64,000 bases of DNA, taken from contig JANOAV010000041.1 in assembly GCA_031411295.1 (NCBI GenBank), positions 1 through 64,000 on the forward strand, written 5' to 3'. The notes beneath the pieces were generated by a model. The model saw nothing but the letters and a program-made list of their open reading frames with translations. It was not told the origin of the DNA and made no database searches. This stretch comes from Verrucomicrobiales bacterium (lineage in GTDB: Bacteria > Verrucomicrobiota > Verrucomicrobiia > Verrucomicrobiales > V1-33). Positions 19,870 to 29,700 of this stretch are shown in pieces (position 1 is the first letter of the stretch; the number at the start of each line of letters is the position of its first letter). The translations under genes were made by a program, and so were the position numbers.

Positions 19870-19995
19870 GTAGTGGGAGCGCCCACGCTCCCAATCATTG
19901 TATCGGGGACGCCCTCGTCCCCGGTAATCACTCGCGCTGGGCTGGGAGCGAAGGCGCTCCTTTGACAATGCCGTGAGCGAGGGCGCTCCCGCTAC
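19870..19995. repeat. Cluster of four GTAG-type REP-like hairpins
   Basis: gtag-tgggagcg-ccca-cgctccca; gtat-cggggacg-ccct-cgtccccg; inverted ggagcg-aagg-cgctcc and gagcg-aggg-cgctcccgctac. Confidence 0.8.
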
Positions 19996-20083
19996 AACGG
20001 AAGTTACTGCCGTTGATTTTCGTCTGATCGGAAACAATGCTTGTCTAAAGCAGCTCACATCGTTAGTTTCTCGGTCATTGAAA

Positions 20084-21268
20084 ATGATGAATGAACCACC
20101 CGCCTTTGATCTTGCTGCTGCCATGGGTGCGTGGCGCGTTGAATTGAGCCTCAGAGACGTCCTGTCGGCCGCCGATCAGTCCGAGTTGAACGACCGACTG
20201 ACGACCATTGTCCAGGACTCCGTGCGCCAGGGATACTCGGAAGCAGAAGCCTTCGCCAGAGCCAAGGAGGAAGTCGGTGGAGATCATGGGGATGCTCTGG
20301 GCGCGCTGTGGCGGCTGCGACGGTTGGCCAAATGGGAAGCCGCCCGCTGGGCTTTGGTCGGCGTGGCGGTGTGGAGTTGCTTCCAACTGCTCAACGACGT
20401 AGTGATGTGTTGCGTGATTTTTTCGTGGAATTTAAAGGGCACCGAGTTTTTTATCGAATGGTTGCCCTTATTCGATCGTGCAGGCACGGTCAGCAAAATC
20501 GCAATCGCATTGGTCCTCGCTGGTTTCGGATATGGTGCCATGGTTCACAACTCGAAGCTGTTCAAGGCTTGGTGGCAATGCCTGTCAAACAGACTTACGG
20601 TGCTCCTAGTCATCATTGCCATACTTCAGTCGGTGGTTAGTCTGGCCCAGCAAGTTGCCTGGCAGCCGTCAATCCTGTCAGACGTTTCCCATATTTCCTA
20701 TGAAGGTTTGATCTCAGTAATCTTTCGCCCCTTGATCTCCTGCATGGTTTTAGTCTTGCTCAGTGGTATTGTGCAATGGAAAATCCGGGCACTGCAACTG
20801 CCCGACCAGCTTAAAGGGAAGCTTTACAATCGAGCCGCATGGCCCAACCAGAAGCAATGGCAGTGGATGCTGGCGGGCATCATGGGATTTTCCCTGACGA
20901 GCACTGTGGTTGGGACAGGGGCCACTTTCCTTCAGAACTCCATAAAATTTTATGGAATTTGGACATCTGACTTGCTGCGGGCATTCCTCATGCTTTCGGT
21001 ATGGGCGTTAGCTTGGTTAGTGGTGGATCTTCCTGCGGTGCAGGCCATCGGGCGGTGGTTACTTAAACGCCCCTGGCGCTTACTAGCGTGCGGAGCCTTG
21101 CTGTGGGTTTCGTTCATCCTGCTTGCCGAATATTTTTTGAACCGGACTTTTCGCAGGGACCGTTTCTATGCATTTGTAATTTACTTGCCGCTGCAGTTTG
21201 TCGTCCCCATAGTGCTGATCCTTTGGATGAAATGCGCCGTCCGGCGGGAGGCTCGTAGATTGGCCTAG
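20084..21268 (+). CDS. Multi-pass membrane protein with N-terminal permease-prefix-domain-like region
   Basis: FDL....AWR..L....LS..D..EL..RL......G.SEAEAF..A...VG then ~8 TM segments; start likely 20084/20087. Confidence 0.7.
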   Translation: MMNEPPAFDLAAAMGAWRVELSLRDVLSAADQSELNDRLTTIVQDSVRQGYSEAEAFARAKEEVGGDHGDALGALWRLRRLAKWEAARWALVGVAVWSCFQLLNDVVMCCVIFSWNLKGTEFFIEWLPLFDRAGTVSKIAIALVLAGFGYGAMVHNSKLFKAWWQCLSNRLTVLLVIIAILQSVVSLAQQVAWQPSILSDVSHISYEGLISVIFRPLISCMVLVLLSGIVQWKIRALQLPDQLKGKLYNRAAWPNQKQWQWMLAGIMGFSLTSTVVGTGATFLQNSIKFYGIWTSDLLRAFLMLSVWALAWLVVDLPAVQAIGRWLLKRPWRLLACGALLWVSFILLAEYFLNRTFRRDRFYAFVIYLPLQFVVPIVLILWMKCAVRREARRLA

Positions 21269-21418
21269 CTACCATCACCTGTCACTTGCTTGGGCCAAGT
21301 CTTGGTTCGGATTCCAGCGCAGCGGGCGGACACGTTAATGCCTCGGACGAATGTGATCGCTAAAATTTGCCGCAGGGCATCATTTGCCGTTTCGGATTCC
21401 TTCGCTACACTGGCGATC

Positions 21419-23002
21419 ATGGCTGAACCGCTTTCCCCATCCTCCCTCCCTCCTTCCACGTCCCCCCATCGCATTCGCTGGTGGCCGGGGTTGCTGGTGC
21501 TTGGCTTGTTCGCTGGTGGCCTGGGGGCCCTGGAATTCATCGCTCAGGACTCCGTGCAACAGAAGTGGATGAAGCAGGCGATGCTGGGGATAGGCGCTGG
21601 AACCCTCTTGTTGCTTTGGTTTTTCTTTGCGGGGAAATTTTCTCGATCACTTAGGAAACGAGCGTTCCTCATTTTAGCGGCTGCCTGTGTGCTCTGTTTC
21701 GCGCTTTTTAAATATGAGGGCGTCAGCGGGGACTTGATGCCGAAATTTACCTGGCGGTGGTCGCAACACACGCCGTTGGCGATGCCTACGGCCGCTGCCG
21801 ATGGCGCTCTGCCGGGCGCGCCAGCGGGAGCGGCGGACTTCCCGCAGTTTCTCGGACCACAGCGGGACGCCACCTTGAAAGGCCCGAAATTGGCACGCGA
21901 TTGGAAACAATCTCCGCCGCAACTTCTCTGGCGCCAGCCCATCGGGGAGGGTTGGGGGGGCTTTGTGACCAGTGGAGGCGTGGCGATCACCCAGGAGCAA
22001 CGGGGCGATCAAGAGTTGGTGGTGGCGTATAATTTACTGACGGGGAAGGTCCTCTGGTCGGACGCAGAACCGACGCGCTACGAGAATCCGCTGGGGGGCA
22101 TCGGTCCGCGGGCAACCCCAACGATTGCGGATGGCAAAGTTTACACCATGGGTGCGAAGGGGCATTTCCACGTGCTGGATTTGGCGACCGGAAAACGCCT
22201 TTGGACCAAAAACATCGTGGCGAGCAACGCCGCTTCCGTCCCAGAGTGGGGCATCAGCGCCTCTCCCTTGCTGCACGGGGAATCCGTCATCGTGGTGGCG
22301 GGTCAGTCCAAGGGGGCTACACTGGCTGCCTATGCCAAGTCCGATGGCACGCGTCTCTGGGTGGGAGGGAATCAGTCGGCCAGTTACAGTTCTCCAGTCA
22401 TGGCCAAACTGGAAGGGCGTGAACAAGTGATTTACTTTGGTCCGGACAAATTAACTGGCCTGGATCCGGCTAATGGAAAGCTGCTCTGGGAGGTGCCTTG
22501 GTGCGCCACCAACAAGTATCCGAACGTGGCCATTCCCGTGGCCCTCGGGGCCGACTCATTCCTCATTTCTGCGGGTTACGGCAAGGGCAGTGCGGAAATT
22601 AAGATCACGCACCCAGAACCTACCGTGTGGCAGGCGGAGGAGGTCTGGAAGACCCTGAAAATGAAGGCCAAATTTACCAATCTGGTGCAGCATCAAGGAT
22701 TCATCTATGGCTTGGACGATGGGATCATGGCGTGCCAGGACCCGCGCGATGACGGACGCCTTAAGTGGCGGGACGGCCGCTATGGACATGGGCAATGTTT
22801 GTTGGTGGGAAATCTCCTGCTCCTCATGGCCGAGGATGGTTCGGTGGTGCTGATCGATCCCAATCCGGAGGCGTTGCGGGAGTTGGCGACCATTCCGGTC
22901 TTCACCGACAAGACCTGGAATCCTCCCGCTTTGGCGGGTGAGTATCTGTTGATCAGGAATGACCGGGAAGCGGCTTGTTTCCGTCTGGCGATCGAGCCTT
23001 AG
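21419..23002 (+). CDS. PQQ-binding-like beta-propeller protein (BamB-like), membrane anchored
   Basis: DFPQFLGPQRD, GPRATPTI, ASYSSP, TWNPPALAG..L.IRNDREAAC; start likely 21419. Confidence 0.9.
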   Translation: MAEPLSPSSLPPSTSPHRIRWWPGLLVLGLFAGGLGALEFIAQDSVQQKWMKQAMLGIGAGTLLLLWFFFAGKFSRSLRKRAFLILAAACVLCFALFKYEGVSGDLMPKFTWRWSQHTPLAMPTAAADGALPGAPAGAADFPQFLGPQRDATLKGPKLARDWKQSPPQLLWRQPIGEGWGGFVTSGGVAITQEQRGDQELVVAYNLLTGKVLWSDAEPTRYENPLGGIGPRATPTIADGKVYTMGAKGHFHVLDLATGKRLWTKNIVASNAASVPEWGISASPLLHGESVIVVAGQSKGATLAAYAKSDGTRLWVGGNQSASYSSPVMAKLEGREQVIYFGPDKLTGLDPANGKLLWEVPWCATNKYPNVAIPVALGADSFLISAGYGKGSAEIKITHPEPTVWQAEEVWKTLKMKAKFTNLVQHQGFIYGLDDGIMACQDPRDDGRLKWRDGRYGHGQCLLVGNLLLLMAEDGSVVLIDPNPEALRELATIPVFTDKTWNPPALAGEYLLIRNDREAACFRLAIEP

Positions 23003-23165
23003 AGCAACAGGGTGCAAGGGGATCTCCGAAAAATGGGGAGGGCGGCTTGTTCCTTGTTCCTCAATCCCGCTACAGCCCAGTTGACAAAGGAGTCCGTCAT
23101 TTATTACGGATCTCCTTAATATTTAGATTTAGAAGAATCATGAGCGCGGAGGTATAGCGATCTTC

Positions 23166-23210
23166 TTGACAAATTTCATATTTACAATATTTTATCGCAA
23201 ATATTATAAT
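23166..23210 (+). promoter_or_regulatory. AT-rich promoter region of the pilin-like operon
   Basis: TTGACA at 23166, TTTACA-18-TATAAT (23181-23210), inverted repeat aatattt-N6-aaatatt (23186-23205). Confidence 0.5.
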
Positions 23211-23214
23211 TAGA

Positions 23215-25095
23215 ATGAAAAACCGCCTCTCCTCCATCTTCATAAAAGGTTGTGCCGCTGGATACACCCTCGTGGAAGTTCTCGTGGTCGTAGGCCTGAT
23301 TGGGATGGCCTCAGCAGGGGCCTTTTTGGTGATCAACAACGTCAGCCAAGCTACTACTGACACAAAACTGTTGCGTGACGTCACCACGATCAACCGCGCC
23401 ATCGGTGTCTATCAGGCAAGCGGGGGAGATCTCAGTGGGCTAACTGATCCGCAGGCGGTATTGGATCGCCTGAAGGCCAACATGGCTGATAATGACGCAA
23501 AAAAAATGGCCGGACTCCGCAGTAGTCTAGTGGACACCCGACTCAAGGCCATTGCGCAGAATGCCACCCAGGCAGCCAGCAGCGAACAACGCGCCTACTG
23601 GAATGCAGGCACCAGAGCCTTTTTTCTGGCGAACGCTGGAGCCGTCGGCATTAGGGAATTTGCGCTGGACGAAGCCCTCGCTACGGTGGACTACGGCAAC
23701 GATGTGCGGAACTCAGCATTTAAATTGGCGACGGTTAAGCCATGGATCTGGGACACGCTGGAGACCACGGCAGCTCCCCGCAGCGCGCCCCGCAAAAATA
23801 CGACGACGAAGGGCACTCCCGGAACGCCCGGAAATCCTGGTGGGCCGCTGACGCTGCGCGCGCCCATATTTTCAATCAATGGTGGCGAGTATAACCTCAC
23901 GGACTATCCCTTGGAACTGACGTTATCGAATCCTAATCCCCCTAACACCTCCAACATCCTTTGCTCGATCAACGGCAGCGGTTGGACCGTTTATACTAAT
24001 AAATTAACGATCAACCCCCAAGACACCATTCCAGCGATGTCCGCCACCCTGATCCCGGATCAGTTCAGCGACAGCCCGATCGTGCGGCAAACTTACACGA
24101 CCAAGCCTGTCACCCCTGAGTTCGATCTCAGCTTTGACCAAGGGTCGTATTCCTATGTGGATTTGGGGGGGCTAATTCTGCCGGACAATTCATCCGGCTC
24201 GGGGGCTCCGCCCTATGGGAGGCTCAGCCTGACCAATGGGGCCGCTATTCCCGATCCTTATGAGAGCAGCACGTATTTCCAGACGAAATGGACCAAGGAC
24301 GGGAGCGATCCGCTAGCAAGCACGACAGCCACGGTCGGACCGATCTTTAGCAACGGCTTTACCGAGCAACAGGTGCCCATTGCCCTAACGGATTTCGGTC
24401 AAAACTCGAGCCTAACGGTGAAAGCGGGAGCGAACACCAAAAATGCCGCCGTCTTTAACAACTCCGCAGTGGTGGCCAAGACCCTCGACATTCAGGTGAT
24501 CAAACTTCGCCCCCCACTTATAACTGTGAACGAACGCGACGTGACTTTGAACTTTGATTTCAGCCAACGGGACGTGCCGCGGGGAGCCTATATTCAATAT
24601 ACTACCGATGGTTCTGACCCTGGGGTCAGCAATGACGCCCCGACTACCGGACTGCTTTATGAGGGCACGTTCAAACTTGATGGAGGCGCAGGATCTTCCG
24701 TCACCATCACCGCGCGCGTTTATCCCCCAACGGAATATCTGGCCTGGTTCGACGCCAGTGACACGGCCACCACTTCTGTGCAATTACCTATCGCCACCGA
24801 GTTCTACGTCGGGGGGAATTTCATGCTGGCGAATGGAGTTAACGGCTCTGGAGCGCCCATGAGAAACATTGCGCGTCTGACTGGCAATGGTAGGGTGGAC
24901 ACTTCCTTCGATGTGGGCGCAGGCACCAATGCCAACAGCTTGGTCGGCGTCATTAGACAGGTCTCTGCGGGCTATGTCTTCGCGGGGGGGGACTTCGAAA
25001 CGGTCAACCACGTGGCGCGCCCGGCCGTGGTGCGACTCAACCCCAACGGCTCAGTGGATCCGGGCTTCGATGCCGGCCTCGCTGGCGGTAAATAA
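23215..25095 (+). CDS. Large type IV pilin/pseudopilin-like protein with Fn3-associated (chitobiase C-term-like) Ig domains and two C-terminal delta-60 repeats
   Basis: Class III signal G|YTLVEVLVVVGLIG; TKDGSDP and YTTDGSDP motifs; FYVGGNF..RNIARLTGNGRVDTSF and VFAGGDF..VVRLNPNGSVDPGF. Confidence 0.85.
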   Translation: MKNRLSSIFIKGCAAGYTLVEVLVVVGLIGMASAGAFLVINNVSQATTDTKLLRDVTTINRAIGVYQASGGDLSGLTDPQAVLDRLKANMADNDAKKMAGLRSSLVDTRLKAIAQNATQAASSEQRAYWNAGTRAFFLANAGAVGIREFALDEALATVDYGNDVRNSAFKLATVKPWIWDTLETTAAPRSAPRKNTTTKGTPGTPGNPGGPLTLRAPIFSINGGEYNLTDYPLELTLSNPNPPNTSNILCSINGSGWTVYTNKLTINPQDTIPAMSATLIPDQFSDSPIVRQTYTTKPVTPEFDLSFDQGSYSYVDLGGLILPDNSSGSGAPPYGRLSLTNGAAIPDPYESSTYFQTKWTKDGSDPLASTTATVGPIFSNGFTEQQVPIALTDFGQNSSLTVKAGANTKNAAVFNNSAVVAKTLDIQVIKLRPPLITVNERDVTLNFDFSQRDVPRGAYIQYTTDGSDPGVSNDAPTTGLLYEGTFKLDGGAGSSVTITARVYPPTEYLAWFDASDTATTSVQLPIATEFYVGGNFMLANGVNGSGAPMRNIARLTGNGRVDTSFDVGAGTNANSLVGVIRQVSAGYVFAGGDFETVNHVARPAVVRLNPNGSVDPGFDAGLAGGK

Positions 25096-25115
25096 CCCTC
25101 CGCAGTTTTGCCATC

Positions 25116-26759
25116 ATGAATCGATTGCTCTCCATTTTCAAACAGCCAGGCCTGCTGGGTCGCGTTTGCTTGGTGCTGGCGGCCATGTGTGCCCTCTACT
25201 TGTCTGCCATCTCGCTGTCGCAAGCGCCCATGTTAGGCTGTGAAGCAGATACTTCCTGTTATGAAGTCCTGGGCTCACGCTGGGCCTTTCTCTTCGGCAT
25301 CCCCTCCAGTTTCATTGCCATTGCGGTTTACTTGGTTACGGTGTTGGCGGCCGGGGCCTTCGAGGCCCGCGAGCAACGAACTTGGATTGGACTCGTGGGG
25401 GAAGTTTGCGTGATTTTGATCACGGTTGCCGCCGTGTGGTTCATTTCCGTGCAGTTCTTCGCCCTGCAACAATTCTGCGCCTGGTGTTGTCTAACGCATC
25501 TACTGGCACTGTTGGGAGTATTCGCTCTGACCTGGCAGCGGAGATCTCACCCCCAACCGGACGAAACCCAGCGGGACTGGGCGGAAGCCCCCTTGCTGCG
25601 ACGTCACCGTCTCATGGGCTTGACGCGGATTGGGGCCGTGATCGCAGGAATGATTATGCTTGGGGTTGGCCCAATGGTTGGCACTCCCGAGCATCCATTA
25701 ACCATCAGCAGCAGCCCGTCGCCAACGAATCAAGCTCCCGGCACTCCGCTGGCAGGGCCGCCCTTGCTAGGCTTTGTTCAGGGGAAAATTGTCGTTTCCC
25801 CAACGGAACTCCCCCTGATTGGCAACGTTGGTGCCAAGGAATTTGCCCTAGTGCTCACCGACTACACGTGCGATTACTGCCGGCAATATTCACCCGTGCT
25901 GGAAGAACTGGTCAAATCGCGCGGACCGGACTTCGCCATCGCTTTGTTGCCAGCCGCCCGTGATGACAACGCCGCGCTCATCCAACACACCATGCTATGT
26001 TTGTTCAAGGCAGACCCGGCCAAGCACTCCACCTTGGCCCAACAGCTCCTCGGCGGCACGCATCCAGCCAATGCCGAAGCCGTGCGCCTCTCCGCCGAAA
26101 CCCTCCTGGGCCGTGACGCTTGGAAGGCCGCCGAGTCCGCCCACACCGCTTGGGCCACCCAGCAAATCATCACCACCCGCAAACTTCACCAAGCCAACTA
26201 CGAGTTCACCAACTCCAACCGCCTCCCGCAGCTCCTGCTGCGCAACCAAATCCTCGTTGGCTATTACGATAAAGTGGAGCGCCTCAACGCCTTTGTCGAG
26301 ACGACCCTCCATCCAACGCCCGGTGCCACCACCCCACTCGCACAGGTGGATGAACTGAAAGATGCAGCGGCACCACCACCCGAGCCGACCATCGCTCCCA
26401 TGCTGCAACCGCGGCAGAACATCATGGACTTGGGTTTGTTCGAGCCTGGCCAATCCCGCAGTTGCCAGGTGGAATTCACCAATCCGAGCACCAGTGCCCT
26501 CAAGATTTCCTGGGTGGGTTTGGACCGCGGTTGTGAACTCGTGCAGATGCCCCGGGACAGCATTCCGCCCCAGGGTAGAGGCGCGATCACGGTCAGAGTG
26601 GTGGCGCCGGAAACCAACGACCTTTTCCAACGGCAGATCAACATTCACAGCAATGGCTCCAAACCGCTGGTAGTCCAAGTCCAGGGCCGCGTCGCTCCCG
26701 CCAATCCAGCATCCAAGCCCGCCGGTGCCTCTGCTAAGGCCACCGTCAATCGTCGCTAG
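25116..26759 (+). CDS. VKOR - DsbA-like thioredoxin - DUF1573/Ig-like fusion (disulfide-bond formation)
   Basis: VKOR loop cysteines GCEADTSCYEVLGSRWA and CAWC; thioredoxin TDYTCDYC; C-terminal DLG..PG....V.F.N...L.I..V...GC Ig-like pattern. Confidence 0.88.
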   Translation: MNRLLSIFKQPGLLGRVCLVLAAMCALYLSAISLSQAPMLGCEADTSCYEVLGSRWAFLFGIPSSFIAIAVYLVTVLAAGAFEAREQRTWIGLVGEVCVILITVAAVWFISVQFFALQQFCAWCCLTHLLALLGVFALTWQRRSHPQPDETQRDWAEAPLLRRHRLMGLTRIGAVIAGMIMLGVGPMVGTPEHPLTISSSPSPTNQAPGTPLAGPPLLGFVQGKIVVSPTELPLIGNVGAKEFALVLTDYTCDYCRQYSPVLEELVKSRGPDFAIALLPAARDDNAALIQHTMLCLFKADPAKHSTLAQQLLGGTHPANAEAVRLSAETLLGRDAWKAAESAHTAWATQQIITTRKLHQANYEFTNSNRLPQLLLRNQILVGYYDKVERLNAFVETTLHPTPGATTPLAQVDELKDAAAPPPEPTIAPMLQPRQNIMDLGLFEPGQSRSCQVEFTNPSTSALKISWVGLDRGCELVQMPRDSIPPQGRGAITVRVVAPETNDLFQRQINIHSNGSKPLVVQVQGRVAPANPASKPAGASAKATVNRR

Positions 26760-26784
26760 CCTAATCAATTTCCGACTCGTTCTT

Positions 26785-29700
26785 ATGTTACACCTTCGAT
26801 CAATTTTCCACCTGGCCCGCTGCTTGAGCCTACTCCTGCTGTGGGCTGGCGTTACCAACTCCGCCTTGGCGGTCACTGACATCCTGAGAGTGGATCTCAG
26901 CGTGGACAATACCACCCTAAGCATTCGGGATTGGCAGGAAGCCAAGCTCCGCCTGCGCTACAATTGCTCCAGCACCACCACCAATGCTAGCAATGCGACC
27001 ATTTCCATCACCCTGCCAGCAGAAATGGAAGCCGTATCCCTCACCGGCAGCATCCATACCACGGCTACGAATTATAACACGTCACTCCGGTTGGCTACCT
27101 TTACGTTCGTCAATCCTCTTCCCGCAGGCTCTTCTGGTGATGTGTTCATCAGTGTGCGTTTCCTCCAGACCACTCCGGAGAATACCAAAGTGAAAGTGCA
27201 GGCCCTCTTCGCCTCCCTGAACTCCCTGCCGAAACTCTCCCAGCAAGTGCAAATTACCGGGATCAATGCTCCAGCCACCACAACTTACACTTTCGTCAAA
27301 GGGATGAAGATCACCAAGACCGTGAGCGATTCAAACCTTGATGCCAACTATGGATACTCCCTCTGGTATATTTACCACGGCAACACCGGTGCCACTGGCC
27401 AGGATGTGAACAACTACACCGTGGAGGATATTTTTCCGCCCGGCCTCATGTTGGACTCCCTAACTAACGAGGGGTTTCCTTCCACCAATGCGAACGTAAC
27501 TGTTTACTACAAAACAAACAAAAACAGCACTTACCGTCAATGGGGCTCTGGCCCACTCTACAAGACGGGGGATGGCCAGAATTGGTTCTACCCCGGCTCG
27601 CTGGGAATGATCGCAGGGGAATATGTTACTGCCCTGAAATGGAGCTATGGCAAACTCCCGGGCGGCGGAACCTTCCATCACGATGCCATGTCTCGGCCCA
27701 TCGCTTTTTACACCCGCGTGGTAAATCCCGCCAACCCTGCCTTTGCCGCCGGGAAGACTTTTTCCAATTGCGCCACCGTCACGGGCACCGCTGAAACTAG
27801 CCGGACTTCCTGTGCCAGCGTAACCATGACCACGCCCGCTCCTAACTTTGGCTTCTGGCACTACGTCAGCAATCCCGGCTCGGCTCCTTATCTGGCGGGG
27901 TCCAAAATTCAATACACCGTGGCCTTCGGCATCAATGCCCAGAGCAGCACCGCTGTGACCAATCCCAGCCTGGGCGTGCTCCTGCCCAAGGAACTCTCCT
28001 ATTCCGGCAACCCGGTCGTCTGGGGGGAAGCCTTCACCGATGCCAGCAGCCCTGCGCCCAAATTCACCCAAACTCTGAATTGGAAAGGCACCGGCCGCAC
28101 GTTAGTCCGCTGGTCCTGGTCGGCCAGCACCGGCAATCCATTTACCATTCCTTACCAACGTAATTGGCGCTACGTTTACATCAATTTCGATGCCACCATT
28201 GCCGCTGCGACCACGGACGGATGGTATCGCAGCACGGCTTATGGCAATTGGAGTCCTAACGGCAAAGGCGGTAGTTGGTTCGAACAGGACGTGGAAGACT
28301 GGGACAGCAATGGCAATACTGCGGAAATGCGGGCGCGCCATGATCTGGATCTGCAGATCGTGGCTCCAGCCCCCCATTTCTCCATGAGCCACCGCATTGA
28401 AAATGACCTCTCCCCGTATGAAATGAACGAAACGCTCGAATATAGAACGAGACTGACGGTCGATTCAGACAGTGCCGCCCCCATGGTGAATCCTGTCATT
28501 GGCGTATTACTGCCCAAGGAGATTGAATACCTTGGCAACCCCGTGTTCAGCGGGGACGGCTATCTCCCGGGCACTCATCCCGCACCAAAGTTCCAGCGGA
28601 TCGACAATTTTGGAAGCCCGGGTGCCACCCTCATCCGCTGGGGGTGGACCACTGCGGGTGGCAATGGCCTGACCATCCCCGCAGATGGCACCAGTAAATA
28701 CATCAACGTTGTCTTCAGCGCGCGGATCAAGAACTTTACCCCGAATGGCAGTTACAAAACGTGGGGCTACGCCAATTACCAACCCAACGGCAAAGGATAC
28801 ACTTGGATCGAACCAGACGTGGGGGACTTCGATGGCAATGGCAACACCACGGAGTATCGCGCCCTCAATGATGAGGACACCGTAGTCCTCACTGCGGGAG
28901 GCTCCGCCGGCTTCAACTCCGAGATGCTCGTCAAGGGCGAACTGGACACCAACTGGACCGCCTTTCCCGCCAAGGGCCTCACCACGCCCGGTGGCAAAGC
29001 GGACTACAAAGTAACCCTCACCAACCCCTCCGGTGTCATCATGCGCAACCTGGTGCTCATCGACATCCTCCCCACCGTGGGAGACAAAGGCGTCATCGAC
29101 TTAAGTGCTCGGGACAGCCAATGGTCCCCCTATCTAGCAGCTCCGGTGGCCGCTTCTGGTGCCACCGTGTCGTATAGCTTATCCAGTAATCCCTGTCGGG
29201 ACGAACTCACCCCTGGCATCCCCGTCGGTTGTGAGCCAGCCAACTGGACCGTCACCCCACCAGCGGATATCACCAAGGTGAAATCCATCAAAATTGACTT
29301 CGGAGCCACCAAAATTTACCCCGGAGACAACCTTGTCATCCAGTGGCCCATGCGCGCTCCGGTCAACGCGCCCTCCGCTGGCGAAGTAGCTTGGAATTCC
29401 TTCGGCTACATCGCCACGCGGGACGACGATGGTTCCTCGTTGCTGGCTTCCGAGCCGATCAAGACCGGTATTTCCATCAAACCTTCGGAACCACCCTTCT
29501 ATGGCGATTACGTCTGGAATGATGCCAACAAAAACGGCCTGCAAGACGCCGATGAAGATGGCGTCAATGGCGTCCGCGTCGAATTTTATCGCGATAACGG
29601 AGATCAGTTGAACAATCCGGCTAACGATACCTTAATCGGCTTCACCACCACCGCCTTCGATGGCACCCGGGATGGAGCTTACCTCTTCGCTAACATGGGC

